A DNA stretch of 64,000 nucleotides, taken from Yuukianura sp. NJ FZ-2021 (lineage: Eukaryota). Under the pieces are notes generated by a model. It was not told the DNA's origin. It made no database searches and was given only the letters and a program-made list of their open reading frames with translations. Position numbers and translations under genes: made by a program. The stretch is from assembly GCA_046563655.1 (NCBI GenBank), contig CM102290.1, positions 186,001 through 250,000 on the forward strand, written 5' to 3'. Of this stretch, positions 23,878-37,268 are shown in pieces; position 1 is the stretch's first letter, and the number at the start of each line of letters is the position of its first letter.

Positions 23878-26800
23878 GCAACACTTACATGATTACATGA
23901 TCAATGCGTTACATATTTACATAATTACATGACGGTATGACCACAAAACATGGATGAACTAGTAGTACGCACAGATTTTTGGCAAAATGAATTTTCGTTT
24001 TTTCGATAAATATGTGTGATTTTTCGAATAAAATTATGAATTTCTAGTCAACTGGACTCAAAATGTGTTCCAAATTTTTGAAATTTTTCTTAGAAAAGAT
24101 ATTTTGAGTCTTCCTTTTGAATGTTGGGAAGGGAAATGATTAGGTTATGTAAGGTTAACCTAAAAAATAGGAACCACAAGAGTCTAAGGATGAAATTTTG
24201 CAATCTCCACCCACATCATTACCAGTGATGCGAAAGGAAGTTGAGAAATCTGACTTCCCTTTTGTTGGTCGCATGAATTGTGGCGCATTTTCTCTTCTTT
24301 TCTTTTTTTTTTTTTAAAAAGTTCCATTTCCCTTTTAAAAAAAAAACCAAGCGGATTTTTCGAATTTGAAAAAGAGGGAGAAAGTGAATAGAGGAAAAAT
24401 GTAAATTGGAAATAATTTCCTTGTACTTGCTTCCATTCTTCTTCACTGTTCTGCCGCTCCCATTTTTTTTTTAAAAAAAAATTCAAAATTTTTACTGTTT
24501 TTTTTCTTTTTTGCAGCTCATAGTAAAAGTTGCATTAGAAGGAATAGACTCCAAAAGCACAACGTTTTGATCATTCATATGTAAATTATTGCTCACTTTT
24601 CTTCTTTGAATTTTGCAAAAGAAAACCAAAACGCTTTTTTTTTATCAAAAACTCAAAAAAGATTTTAAAAGATTTCTTGAACAATTTTTTTTTCTCTTTT
24701 TTAAAGTTAAAACCGCTAAGTTTTAGACAATTCAGTTTCAATCTTATAAAAGAGAGTGAAAGCTGCAACAGGCTCGAAATTTGGAATGCGGGTTTTTTTG
24801 AAATCCGAGTTTTTGGCGGGTAAAAGTAATTGTGGTGGTTCGAAAAAAAGAGAAACTGATGTTCCAGTTTGTTTCTGCACAACTAGTCAGACGAGAAAGA
24901 AGAAGAAGAAGCGGGAAGATTAAAATTTTTTGAAAAAATTTGAAAATCCCGCTTCAAACCGTATGTTCCCGCTCTTTTTGTGGGAGGGAGAGAAAGTGGA
25001 ATGAAAAAGCATTGCTCATATCCAGAAACCCATGAAAAGAAGACAGGAATCAATTGATCATCTTACACGGCACTTTTCACTGTGCAACAACCGGAAGGGA
25101 ACGTTAGCCTTCCAAGTTTTCAAACTGACACTTTCTCCCGCGCTTTCTCTTTTTCAAAAAAAAAGAAAGAGAGGAAAAAAGCAAAAAAGAGAAGGAAATG
25201 GGCCAAAATCCAAGAAATGGAATCTCAATTCCGGCAACTTCAAGTGTCTAGGGAGACCAGGAATAAATTCCGTTCCTCTTTTTTGAATTTTTTCTTTTTA
25301 AAAAATACCACCACGAGGAATATGCGTGCACTTTAAAAAAAAAGTTGTTTGAACTAAAACGGAAACGTTTAGGATTGATGTTGCAAAAAAATGGTTGAAG
25401 TAAAGAAAAAGTTAGAGCGTTTTTGTTTTGTAGCTCGCGGCTAAAAAGTATCCTTTTGTACCGTAAAATTGCAAGGTTTAGCAACTAAAGTGTATAAACT
25501 TTACATGAGATGAAAAAAGCTACGCGTGTAAACGTAAACACGTTTAACAAAAAAGTAAAGTAAACACAAGAGTGCTTGTATAAAAATTTATTTTAGCAAA
25601 CCTAACACAAAATTTGCAATAAAAATGGTAACTTTTTTTGAAAACCAAATTAATTTGTAGGCTCACACGGTTTCGAATAATGGCGGAAGTGTGTTTTTTT
25701 TTAAACAGCGTAAGGGGGGGGGGGGGTGACTTTTGACACAAAAAAGGGGGGGGGTATGAGTTTTGACACCTCGAATGTTGATCTAGACTGTTCGGTGTAG
25801 AGTGTACAAACCAAATAAAATGAAACAATTTGATCAAAGGACAGAAAAAGAGAAAGTTGATTTGATTTCATTTTCTGTGCATCGCACCCCTCATAGTTTC
25901 CTCAGCACATGCGCCTGTACCAAATTTCTTTTCACCAATATTGAAGCCGTACGTTTACAAAGTAATCAACTTCTTGCTCTCACGTAATTTCCAATTTCCT
26001 GCGAAAATAAAATTCAACACAGAGAAAAAAGTGTTGACGTTTTCAAAAGAGAAAAGTTTTCAGCTTCATCCTTGTGTAATTAAAAAAAGAAATTATGGGG
26101 GGATATCAATACCAAAGTAAAATTTTCCAATTATTTTTGCGATTATTAAAAAAAATGTTAATAATTTTTCACGATAATTTTTTTTAGGTTTTCCATATTT
26201 TTTCGGTCTGTTGAGTCCTTTAGTGGCTCAATCTTGTTCTGAGAGTGTTAGAAAGTGTCTGCAGAGTTGACTCCCCCAGGGGGAAAGTGGTAGTGTTTCT
26301 TATTACAAATTGAATCAATTCCTTGTTCCCGCTCTTTCTCCAAGAAAGTAAGAAGGAAACCAGCACAAAAACACATTTTGTTAGGCTAACTTCAACCTAA
26401 CTTGCCCTCTATGCTGTGACATTTCCCTTCTTCCTAAATGTTGCAGCAACGGATTGAAATTTTGTGATTTGGTTCAAGTGGCTCTAAGGCGTGAGGTATC
26501 TTAGGAAGCCATTTTGGTAGAAGAAAAGCACTTGAGCTCCCCTCATACCCATTCCACTCCCCTCATACTTGAGGCTTCACAGAAAACCTAATGTATTGAA
26601 ATGTAATAAAGCTGGATTGTTTGTCAATACTTTGTCTCTTCCCGCCACTTACATAATTGGGCACATTTTGGAGTGGAAACTCTCCTGGATTTTGTTCTTT
26701 TGGAAAAGAACTATGAGGGGAAGGACGAGGATAATTTTCCGGAAAAGTTGACGACACTTGAGTCGTCTTCTTTTGGAAGTTGGGTTAAGGAGAAAGTGAA

Positions 26801-27180
26801 CATAAGAGGGAAAGTGTTCTTCCTGGATCGATTTCCCTGGGATTCCATGGCAATCCCCCTCCACATTCCACACAAACCTCACTTTTCTCCACACTACACG
26901 AAGGGAAATCTTCAAAGAGGAAACGGAAAGAGACGGAGAAGGTGAGAGATTCAAACCACGGAGGCAGACGAGCCACAAGAGCCGCCAAACATTCAAAAAT
27001 CAACAGGAACTGCAAATCCATGTTCTATCTGTAGTTTGAATTTGGAAAATTATGACCTTGAGCCACAAATCTACCAAAAATTTAACCTCTAGCTAATATT
27101 CAACCTTTTCTGAATCCAAAACTGGATTACTTAGAAACACATAATTTTTGAACTCAAATTCCAACAAAAAAAAGTTATGT

Positions 27181-27243
27181 CCTTGGTAGGCTTCGACCCC
27201 CGAACCCCATCTTGTCAGTCGTGTGCACTCACCACTTGACTAA
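27181..27243 (-). pseudogene. Degenerate tRNA-like sequence (SINE head or tRNA pseudogene)
   Basis: Minus strand has A-box-like TAGTCAAGTGG and B-box-like GGTCGAAGCC, followed by a T-run. Stems do not pair well. Confidence 0.45.
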
Positions 27244-29123
27244 AAAACTCAAAAATGCTAAAATGCATGAACGAGTGAGCGAAACAACCTAGGATTGTTT
27301 TTAGGCTGTTTTGTTTGAAAAAGCAGTATAAAAAATTTAAATAATTTGAAAATTCGTTGACTGTTGGCGGGGATAATGAAGGGGGGAGAAAGTGGAGCCA
27401 AAGTTTGGGAGAATGCAAATCCTTCGTTTTCTCTTTATCGCCTTCTCCTCTTTCCTCGTCATGAATAAGGAAGAAGTTATCTCGGAAAAGGGGTAAATGA
27501 GACATTGAGACCAAAGACAATAAGGGAGATCGGGAGGAAGCGAATTATGGGACTAGTTTATCCCCCCCCCTCCCCACACGTAAGGGGGGGGGGGTTCCTT
27601 AATGATAGGGGGGAGGGTTTAGGAAAGTAGTCGGGGGTTACCGTGGAGATGGGAGGGTGTTAGCAGGGAAATAAACTCACAGTTTTCACCAAGGTAACTA
27701 AACAAAATGACACACCGCATTACTAATGTAGTCTCACGAGCGGTTTTTTCCGTTTTTTTTTTTGCGAAAGTATATAGGGGGGTGGATTGTTTGTTTTTAA
27801 CTTTTCTGTGCAAACGTTTTCCTTCGGTTGGAGTACAAAGTAAATTCATTCACTGTAACCACCCATTGTACGCACTCATCCAACCTGTAGTTTATATCGG
27901 TTTTAGAACTGGAAAATGGAATTATACAAGTTTTACACTTATAGTTGCTAAGAATTCGTTGCAATTCAATGTTAAATTAGTTGATTTTGTGCCAATTATA
28001 GAACGCTGGTTACAGGTAACACATATCATTACCTCAACCAACTTTTGAACGAATTTATCGCCTTGGATACCACCCCACTATATACTTTCGCAAAAAACAA
28101 TTAAAAAACGGCGCGTGAGACTACCTTATAAAGCTCCTGTGTCTTTTTGTTTAGTTGCCTTGGTTTTCACCAAACGAAGAAATGGATCCAATCTTCCAGT
28201 GATCACAAAAAAGAGAGTTTTTTGGTGAAAAAAAATATTCCCGGCAAAAACTCACTCGTAGCGGGAAGATTTTTTGTTTTTCTAGATTTTGAAAAACCTA
28301 AAAATAAAAATGAAATTTTATTTGTTTAACTTTGGTCCTGATTGGTTTTTTTGTCTTCCCACAACTTTCTCTGTGACTGGAAGTGTCACGTCCTCCACGA
28401 AGCCAAAAGTGTTGACACCGTGGACTCTTAAGTCTGTTGTCGCTGGCGACCGTTAAAGCGACGCCTGTTTGAAAATCAAAGGGAATGAAAATGAAAGTGT
28501 CAGACACAAATCTCATCATCACACTATTCATCACCCTGCCAAAAACCAGATACTCAAACTTCAAATTCTGCCGCCACAGCCACCAACTCCCCACAGCATT
28601 TCTCTCTCCACCATCACCAAATTTATTTAAAAGCATAGCCCATAATCACATCCCAGAATTCTCCCGGGAAAACCCAGACTCAATTTGAAATTTGAATTTC
28701 TGGATTATTCAAAAAACAAAAACAAAACCAAAAAAAAAAAAAAAACTGTGCCAGGCGAACAGTCTTCCCCCACGGTGTTGTCTCATTTTCTTACAGAATT
28801 TTCTTATTTGAAAATTTTTTGGCACGAATTTTCAAAAAAAAAAAAGAGAAAATTATAAAAATGAATGAAATTTAGATAAAATAAACTTAATTTCAGCTCA
28901 TTTTGACTTTTATTCTCATTTGACTTAGGTTCTCCAAATAACCATGAGGGGTGAAATAGTTGCAATTCACATTGGATTCTCACAATAACAATGAGGGGTG
29001 AAATAGTTGCATTTGACAGTAGAGTGAAAGTGGAGTCAGTTAATGGTCCAATTGTCCCCTCTTTTCTGTCTCCCATAATCCAGATTAATTGGTTATATTT
29101 GAGATTGTAATTGGTTAGGTTTG

Positions 29124-29175
29124 GTGGAGGGAGTAACTATCATTATTACTCCAATTTCATAGTTACTCCCTCCAC
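29124..29175. other. Perfect 17-bp hairpin with an 18-nt loop
   Basis: gtggagggagtaactat / atagttactccctccac. The right arm recurs at ~29425-29440. Confidence 0.85.
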
Positions 29176-30522
29176 TCCTTTCCAAAAAGTCATGCAGAAG
29201 TCCATAAAAAGAGCTGGAAGAGATGAATTGAAGAAAGCTTTCACCGGATGAGATCTCTTCTTCCCTGTCATCACAATAATACATCAGACTAGGCAAGGAA
29301 GGCGGCAAAATTCAAACTTAAATGTAAACCATGTAAAGTCTCCCGCACTTTTCCTTTTCAAAATCCCTCTAATGGATTACCATTTGCCACGTCTCATCTT
29401 CAAGGCTCTCTCGTACGTTAAGGCATAGTTACTCCCTCCAATCCTCGGTTGTCATGGAAACCAAATTGGAAAGAAATGAAATGAGACCTAATCCGCCCTT
29501 CAACCCGAAAGAATTCATTTTTAAAGCTTCCCGCCCTCGTGTGTCTTCGCAGTCTTTGAAGGACTTTATCCACTTCTCAGGAAAAAGGGGACAAAAGTAC
29601 AGCGTGGCTCAAAGTTTAATTTTTCAAAAAAACTAATTTTTCTTTACATAATTGAAAAACACATTAAAAAAAACAACCACTGAGTTTTCTACAGTTTTCT
29701 GTAAACTAGGCGTCAACCAGGTTCTGCTTCAATCTAGCGTAACGTTATACTTCAAAATTTGTTGTAATTTTTTTTTTGAAAAATTGTTGAACCATGGTGT
29801 ACATTCCGCTTTCTCTTAGGAGAAATGTTAGAAAGGGGGTATTTTGGTGTGGTGAAAGGCATAATGTAATTGAATATGCGAGTGTGTGAGTTGTTCCGAG
29901 AAGAATCCCACTCTGTAATCCATACTTTACTTTATTACATTCCACTCTTTGGACTTTACACAATTAGGCTCCATTATTCAAAGTCAGAGGACTGTGTGTG
30001 TTGCTACACACGCCCCCTCATCACACTCCTACTCAACACAAACTTCGTCAAATCCAAAATTTCCAAAAATCTTTTGACCAATTTGTCATAAAATGAAAAC
30101 TCATTTTATTTCTAAGCTTGTTCAAATTCTAGTAGTTTGTGTTGAACAACGTTTCATGGAGGGGTAAAAGTCTCAGTTTTTGGTACAATGGAGGGCGGAA
30201 CTCCTTTGCTTTTTCAAATTACTCAACCTTGAATCCCCTCTATTTTCTTCTCCTATCGCTTTCACTTCCTCCACTTTCTCCCCCTCCGGAACACTACTCA
30301 CTGAAAAGAAAAAAAAACACAGAAAAACAGTTTTCAGTTTTCTTTTCCAAAACACAAAAATGGACATGCAGAGGTCAGGTCATTAGGTTGACCCTTCACA
30401 AAGTTTGGAAAAAGAAAAAAAAACTTTCTCCCCCTTCCCTCCTCCCACTTCTAAAAAGTTTTCAACCCCAGAGAGACTTACTGTTCACATGGAATTGCTT
30501 CAAAATCAGCTGAGGTGGTTCA

Positions 30523-30798
30523 CGGTCATGACCTTGCAAGGTCAAAGATCATTGACCTTTACTACAGAACTAGAAGGTCGTTGACCTCCAGTTTGAATCG
30601 TTATCAATCTGTAGTACGAAATGACCTCCAGTAGAATTGTAGTTGACCGGTTGACCATCAGGAAAGGTCATTTCACCTCATCACGAAAACATGTTCACCT
30701 CATCACGAAAATACATTCACCTCATGACGAGTGTTCAATCACTTTCAATGACTCTCGACCAATGACTTTCGTACACTTTATACGAAGGTCATTGACCT
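30523..30798. promoter_or_regulatory. Cluster of nuclear-receptor half-site palindromes (candidate ecdysone-responsive enhancer)
   Basis: IR0 cggtcatgacct 30523-30534, near-perfect IR1 agatcattgacct 30546-30558 and aggtcgttgacct 30575-30587, perfect IR1 aggtcattgacct 30786-30798. Confidence 0.5.
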
Positions 30799-33700
30799 CA
30801 CGATGTCTTTGACCCCGAAACGCCGTGCTGGTCCTGTGTGCGTGCTGACTGGACGAAGTAAGAGCATTGTGCATGAAATTTTGAAATTTAAAAGACTTTT
30901 TTTTGAAATGCCCGCCTGTTACCAGCTGGAACGAAAGCTTCCCACAAAAGAAAAGTAGTAGGGTTAAGAGGTTACACTTGGAAAAGAGAATTCACACGCC
31001 AAGTTGTAAGAGTAATTAGGAAGTTATGTTCTTTGAAGGTTTTGCTCCAAGGCCAAGATCAACATCTCAGCAGCACTTGAATGGACCAAAGAAAGCGCGG
31101 GAAACGAAAGTGCGACAGCGGCTTAATCTCTCCTTTTTAACTTTCCATTCACTCCCAACTCTCAAAACTTTTGTTTTGTCTCTATTTCACCCAAAAGTTG
31201 TTCAAACAACTTCACAACAATGGCTTACAACCAAAATTTTCAAAATTTCGAGCGCTCAGGAAATTCAAAAACGGAAAACTTTCTGTTTTTAGAATTTTAT
31301 ACACCTGTGTAACACTTATTTCCAAAATTCGTTTCTCACGAACAAAGTTCCCGCTTTTCCTTTGAACTCTTTGAATTTTAAGCTTATTTTGAAAAATAAA
31401 TAGAAAATCTGTTTGAACAGGAAATGGGGTGAACTAATACTTTGATAAGAGCCGAATGTTGTCATCTGAAATGGACGCAGATTTAGAATCTGACGGATTC
31501 AGAAGATTAGTCTATTCTTTACAATTCGTAGAGTATCATCATCATCTCAGCATTTTCAAAAACTGTTCATAATTTTCAAACTTGGTAATTTTGGAATTCG
31601 CGGTCTATTCAAAATCCTTTTGCTTTTGAACCGAATAGAAAAACATTTTCTGTGGCCCATTTAATTTCGGAGTGTAAACTTTTTAAATCGTTTAAAGTTT
31701 TTGATTTTGATGTACATGCGCAGTGTGCTTTTAAAACTGGGAATGGACCATAGTATGGTTAGGATTACGAAATCTAATTCATCAACGTCTCTTTACGTCT
31801 CGAAAGATTAAGGGAAAACCTTCCAGAAATATCCATTACAAAACAACATCAAACAAAATTTTAAAACCAACAAACGTAGCTACACGACGTCCAACGGCGC
31901 GCGAAAATTTAAAATTTCAAACAAATCTCGCCATTACAACTTCTATGAAAAAGTCAAAGCGTTTTAAGTTTTAATTATTGGAAAAAAACTGAAGAATTTC
32001 GTTGAAGACTTTGAAAAAAGACAAGTTTCGTACGATGTTTTTTTTTGAAAACTTACTAAAAATTCGAAGTTGTGGATCAAATTTTGAAATTTGAAAGTTT
32101 AGAACGCGTTTTTTCAAATTGTGCATGTGACCTGTGACCCTATAGAAATCCATAATGTTTTATGCATTGAATTTATGGTTATTAAAGGAGGTGTTTGGCC
32201 CTATGTGACCCTACGTCATTTTTTCAGCATAGTTTTTTTTTTCAAGTTAGTTTTTTCATTTTAGGTTACGTTTTTTGTTAGGTTTTGGAAGATTATTAGT
32301 GAGACGTGTGAGAATGGATGAATCCATGGACTAATACTTTCTCAGTAGCCATTCCCCCTTTGTTCACCAACTTCCCATCTTTCATTTTTCTTATTTTTTT
32401 GAAAACTGCCGCCGCGGCCCACCGCTGCAGCGGTGCCAAAAACCGTTTCGGTGTGCTGTGAGATTATGAGCGTTAATGTAGCGGAGGTTTATTATAAATG
32501 GAGTTTCTACCGAAAACAAGCTCCAAGATGCCGACAGTTTATGGCAAAAGGGCTTTGGATTTTGAATCTTCACGCCAACACTTTTTTGGCGCGCTTTTTC
32601 TTCTTTTCATTGTAACCGTTTAAACACCGCGGCGGTGCTCGGCCCAGTGCCCACACAACATCATTATTCTCCACAATCCATGTGGGGGCCGTTCGTCATT
32701 TTTTTGTATGAAAAAATAAGCGGGAGATTTTGAATTTCTCGGGGCAGAACCGATTCGGTCAGCAAACTTTTTGCACTTGGAAAAGAAAAAAAAAAGGAAA
32801 ATTTTCCAATTCTTCCAAAATTCAACCGGCTTCTGTAGATTCTAAAATTTTGAAATAGAATTTCTTGAAATTTGAGTTTAATTTTTTTTTGGCGCCACAA
32901 AGTCATGTCACGTGACAGTGAGTGCTGCGTGTTGATTCACTTGACTGTGACGGTGCAGAGAGGAAGTTGGTGCGGTTTTCGAGGTTGACTGGAACAGGTT
33001 CAAATTTTTTGAAATTTTCATTTTTGAAATGTAACGTTCTTAATCTTTTTCCATCCTTCGAAATCCCAAAGTTTGTTTTTTCTCGAAATCTCCCCCCACT
33101 GCGTCTCAGGCACGTTTCGAAACAGTTCATTTCCAAATGGATTCTTGGACTTTTCCAAAAAGAAGAAAGAATTTTCAAAAAAGAAACACTGCGCATGTCC
33201 GTTTCAAAAGAACACTAAACTGTGTCGTAAGTTTTGAAAATGTTTTTGAAAAAAAGTTCTATTCATTCTCCCACTGATAATTTCCAAAGGACAATGAAAC
33301 TGTTTAAACTTTTTTGTTCAAAAAGGAAAAACAGGCGCGGCCTTCCAAGAAATTTTGATTTTTTTAAAAAACTTTTTTCTTTGTGGTTGACAAACTTTGG
33401 CTGTTCATGTCGATAAACTTTTCAAACTTTCCTAACGTCATTTTTTAAGTTGACCTTGAAATCACATCGTATTGACCTCTTTGAGAGCAAAACGTGACCT
33501 TTGACCTGTGACTTTGTTTGATAACATTTGAAACACTGCTTTTCATCAAACAATCTCTACAGATTGAGTCAGACTTCCTAGAAAATATTAGTCACAATTT
33601 TGAATGTTTTTGATTTCGTAGATTCGCCCGCCATTTTAGAATTTAGAGTTGTGCGCAACCAAAAAAGTGACAATAAAGTTCATTTGGGATAATTTGATGA

Positions 33701-34309
33701 ATAAGTTATTATGGAAATGAGTGAATTAATTTCAAAGAGTCCTAAGATCTTTCCCTTTATGAATTGGTATTAATCAGCTCGTCTTTCTTCTTAGATGTTC
33801 CCCCTTCCGTCATAGCCTAACTTTAGGAACAGAGAAGATGAAGACACGAGGGGAGATTTTGGGTGGAAAATTCAAATGTGTATTTTTATGTTGCCAGAGT
33901 CCAGCCCTGACACTTTGATAAGAACGGAACCTGAGAATGCTCTTTGTCTAATGAATCCTTAAGGCCACTTTACTGCATCTTCTGTCATCAGACGACCAAC
34001 CAGAAGCCCCGTCTTCATCTTCTTCCATTCTAAAAAAACTTTAATCAACAACTGCTTATCGACTTCTTCAATTAGTTGCCCAGCACTGCTCTTCGTCTAA
34101 GCAACAGAGATGGGCTCTCCAGCAGCACTTAACACTTCCATGCTCCAGCTAAACAGTTGCTCCCTCCACAAAAAATACTGCAGCGGTCGTGTCTTTGACT
34201 TGACAAGTTACATCCAAATACGAATTTTTAGATTAGTTAGTGTTGAACATAGGAATTTACTAAAGGAATTTTGTAGTCGATAGTTTTTGAAACCTAACAT
34301 TCCAACATT

Positions 34310-34590
34310 TGCAGCACACAAACATCATTATGAAACATTCAGACTCCATAAAGTAGTAACGTGTACGTACGTACACAAACGTGACACACAAATAACACAC
34401 AAATTTCATCATATAACATGCATACACCATATAGTAGTAACGTACGAACATAATACACGTAAACCAAGGACGTGCACGTAATCGTGACGGACAGACAACG
34501 CACCGATTTCATTATAAAACATATAATGCCATGTACACGTACAAACATTCCGTCCCATGTATACAACATATAGTAGTAACCATCACAAAC
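34310..34590. repeat. Degenerate CA/ACGT-rich tandem repeat
   Basis: Recurrent cat(a/t)(a/t)agtagtaac and acgtac motifs, about three units. Confidence 0.6.
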
Positions 34591-34704
34591 AATACAAAAA
34601 AGTAGAAGAGTTTATAAAAAAAAGTTGCAGTTAATGATACACGTCAATTATACTCAATTAATTAGTAATTAAATGATTAATTAACTTTTAAAACACAAAT
34701 AATC

Positions 34705-34910
34705 TCCTATTGTTTTAAGATTTGAAACACGCGGGTATGGGGCAAGTCGAGATTTTCGAAAAAAATTAAAACAAAGAATTCCCTTTTGTTTTAAATTTGA
34801 AACACTCGGGTGAGAGGCAAGTTGAGATTTTTTTACGAAAATTAAAACACAAAGAAGTTCTTTTTGTCTTAACTTTGAGATACGCAGTGGGGGCAAGTTG
34901 AGATTTCTTT
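34705..34910. repeat. ~75-bp tandem repeat, three units
   Basis: Repeated tttgaaacac..gggcaagt(c/t)gagattt...aaaattaaaaca. Confidence 0.75.
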
Positions 34911-36986
34911 TAGAAATTCCGCTTTGACTTTTTGGCAGTGAGAGAAAGAGGCGCCAATTTTTAAACTGTCAAACTTTTATCGAAAGTGACTCTCTCTTTT
35001 TTTCTCTTTGTTCTCTCAGCTGATTGTTGGAAGACGAGGAGGGTTTTCAACTTTTTCAAAAGAACTGTTTGTTTTTGTTTTAAATTTTGAACAGTTTGAA
35101 CGTTTTCCTGGGAAAGATGTTTGGTTGGAGACTGACGTTTTAGTTGAATGGAAAGACGAGTGAGGGTGGTTGATAATATTTGGGTTGCTGGTGAGTCCTT
35201 TGTGTGGAAACAAGCTCTAAATCAACTTTGACACTTTGTTAATATCCAAAGGAAGGACGTGGGATCGAAAACAATGAAGATATTTCGTAAGTCTCCCCTG
35301 TACCCTTATCTTTCGCATGAGAAAAATTCAAATTCAAAGTGACATTGGGGAATAAGGGAACTTTTCTGTTTGTAGTCCCCAGCTCCAGCACTTCCCTTGA
35401 TCTGCTCGCTGATCCAGGCTAGATGGTGGTGTGGGATCTTGCATGGACGACGACACGAACGAAAGAACAACCGGAATGCTCAACATCCAGATCAATGTTC
35501 CTTAATATTCAAACACGATCCACCTTACTACGCGATCCAAGTGCCTCGACTACCAATCACATCCTTTCCGCAAGACAGGGTCAGTCGATAACGATACTCC
35601 AGGTTCACAAGAGGTAGAAGGTGGTAGTACTAGTACGTAAGTCTGTCGATGTCCGTTGACTTATTCCACAAACCGATTCCATTGTCTTTCCATGTCTTAC
35701 TTCATCATTGTCTCTTTCTTTGTTCTAGGATTATCCAAAGTGAGGACATCAGACACAACTGTACCTAAAACTGACTTTAGGTTTGTAATCCAATACAGGT
35801 CACCTTCTATGAACAGTTCAGTTGTAAACGTCAACCGAACGTTTGGAGGAATACTGCCAAAAACGTTCCACTTTCGTTCTATGAGATATTGATTTGGTAA
35901 GATTCCATAATTTTGGAAACTGCGATAACTTCCGTATAAGAAGTGCTTAGTCAAAGACAGTTTTCATGAATTTGATTACCCTCCTTCCAGATAATTCAAC
36001 CAATTGAAAAAGTCGTAATTTGAAAACGAAGAAGACAAACTGCTGGTCTACAAACGTCGTCCCCTTCTGTGTCAACTCTCAAATCCAGAAACAGCATTCG
36101 ATGGTAAGCACCATTCCAACTCTGAATTCGTTCTTAAAGTAAGTCAAAACGGTGACAAGAAGTTAAGATTTTTTGGGTGATCGGTCTATTTTTGTTTCTG
36201 AGTTGGTAAATTAGACAGAGATCTTGTCCATATCCGTACATTTACATAACGTAATTTTGTTTTGGCGAAATCCAATAATAATGAAGGGAGGAAGAGCCTT
36301 CTCGGTTCTTTTTACTCCATTAATCCATTCTGAATTTAAATTTCCCCCGCTCTCTCCTATTGTTCCTTGGATGTGTTGCCTGGAGAGCATCAAAGTGATA
36401 ATTTAATGAAGGCCTTGGATTACAAAAGCCTGTTTTAAATCCAAGGAGGAACTTGAAAACACATACGAACTGTATAGGCTTAGCTTTTAATGGATTTATT
36501 AGGCAAGTTTGAACAAATTTAGAACAAGAAAATAGAGAGACATCCAGGAGAAGTTACTCCGCTGGAACGTAATTAAGAGTTTCATTGTCTAAATCCTAGG
36601 GCTTTAAAAAGTTAGTATGGACGGAGGTTGTACCGTGACACTAAACAATAGTCAGTGCAGCACGATTTTGAATTTTCCCTCTCGGTCCAAAAGTTCATTA
36701 AGTTCTGTGACCTCTCCATGGTGTCCAAAAGTCATTAAGGACGTGTGTTATGCGTCTAATAAACAATAATCGTTAAATTTAGTAACCACGATAACCGAGC
36801 TTGTGTAGTTAGTAAAAGTTGCAGACATCGACAAAAAGAAACACCCTCGTGAGTGGTGAAAAAGGATCAGTGCAAATACCTTGATAAAAAAAAAGTATGC
36901 ACTTTCAAACAAACAAAACTGACGCAAGTTCGGTTGCCGTCGTTTGGGTTTTGTCAACAACGTTTCTGAGGCTGCGACATTGAAAT

Positions 36987-37268
36987 GCAAAAATGGTTTT
37001 GGTCAGCGTAGGAATGTCGTACAGTAACCCACAATATATCAAACTTTAGGAAAAGAGTTGATCTAGTACTATTACGTTTTAAAATTATGAAATTATAATT
37101 CTAACAATGAAAAAAATGGACACAAATATTCAGCCCCTTTTTCTGCATAGTTACACTTGGAATTAAATAAGTTTGCAACGTAATAGTACTAGATCAAGTC
37201 TTTGCCTAAAGTTTGATATATTGTAGGTCACTGTACGACATTTCTACGCTGACCAAAACCATTTTTGC
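36987..37268. mobile_element. Long inverted repeat (92-bp arms), core of a MITE-like element
   Basis: 36987-37078 vs 37177-37268, about 90% complementary. An outer 11-bp IR agtcattaagg (~36730) / ccttaatgact (37321) may mark larger element ends. Confidence 0.8.

Noticed and set aside
32405..32650. GC-rich palindromic ends as MITE termini
   Set aside because: Complementarity is partial and no TSD was found.
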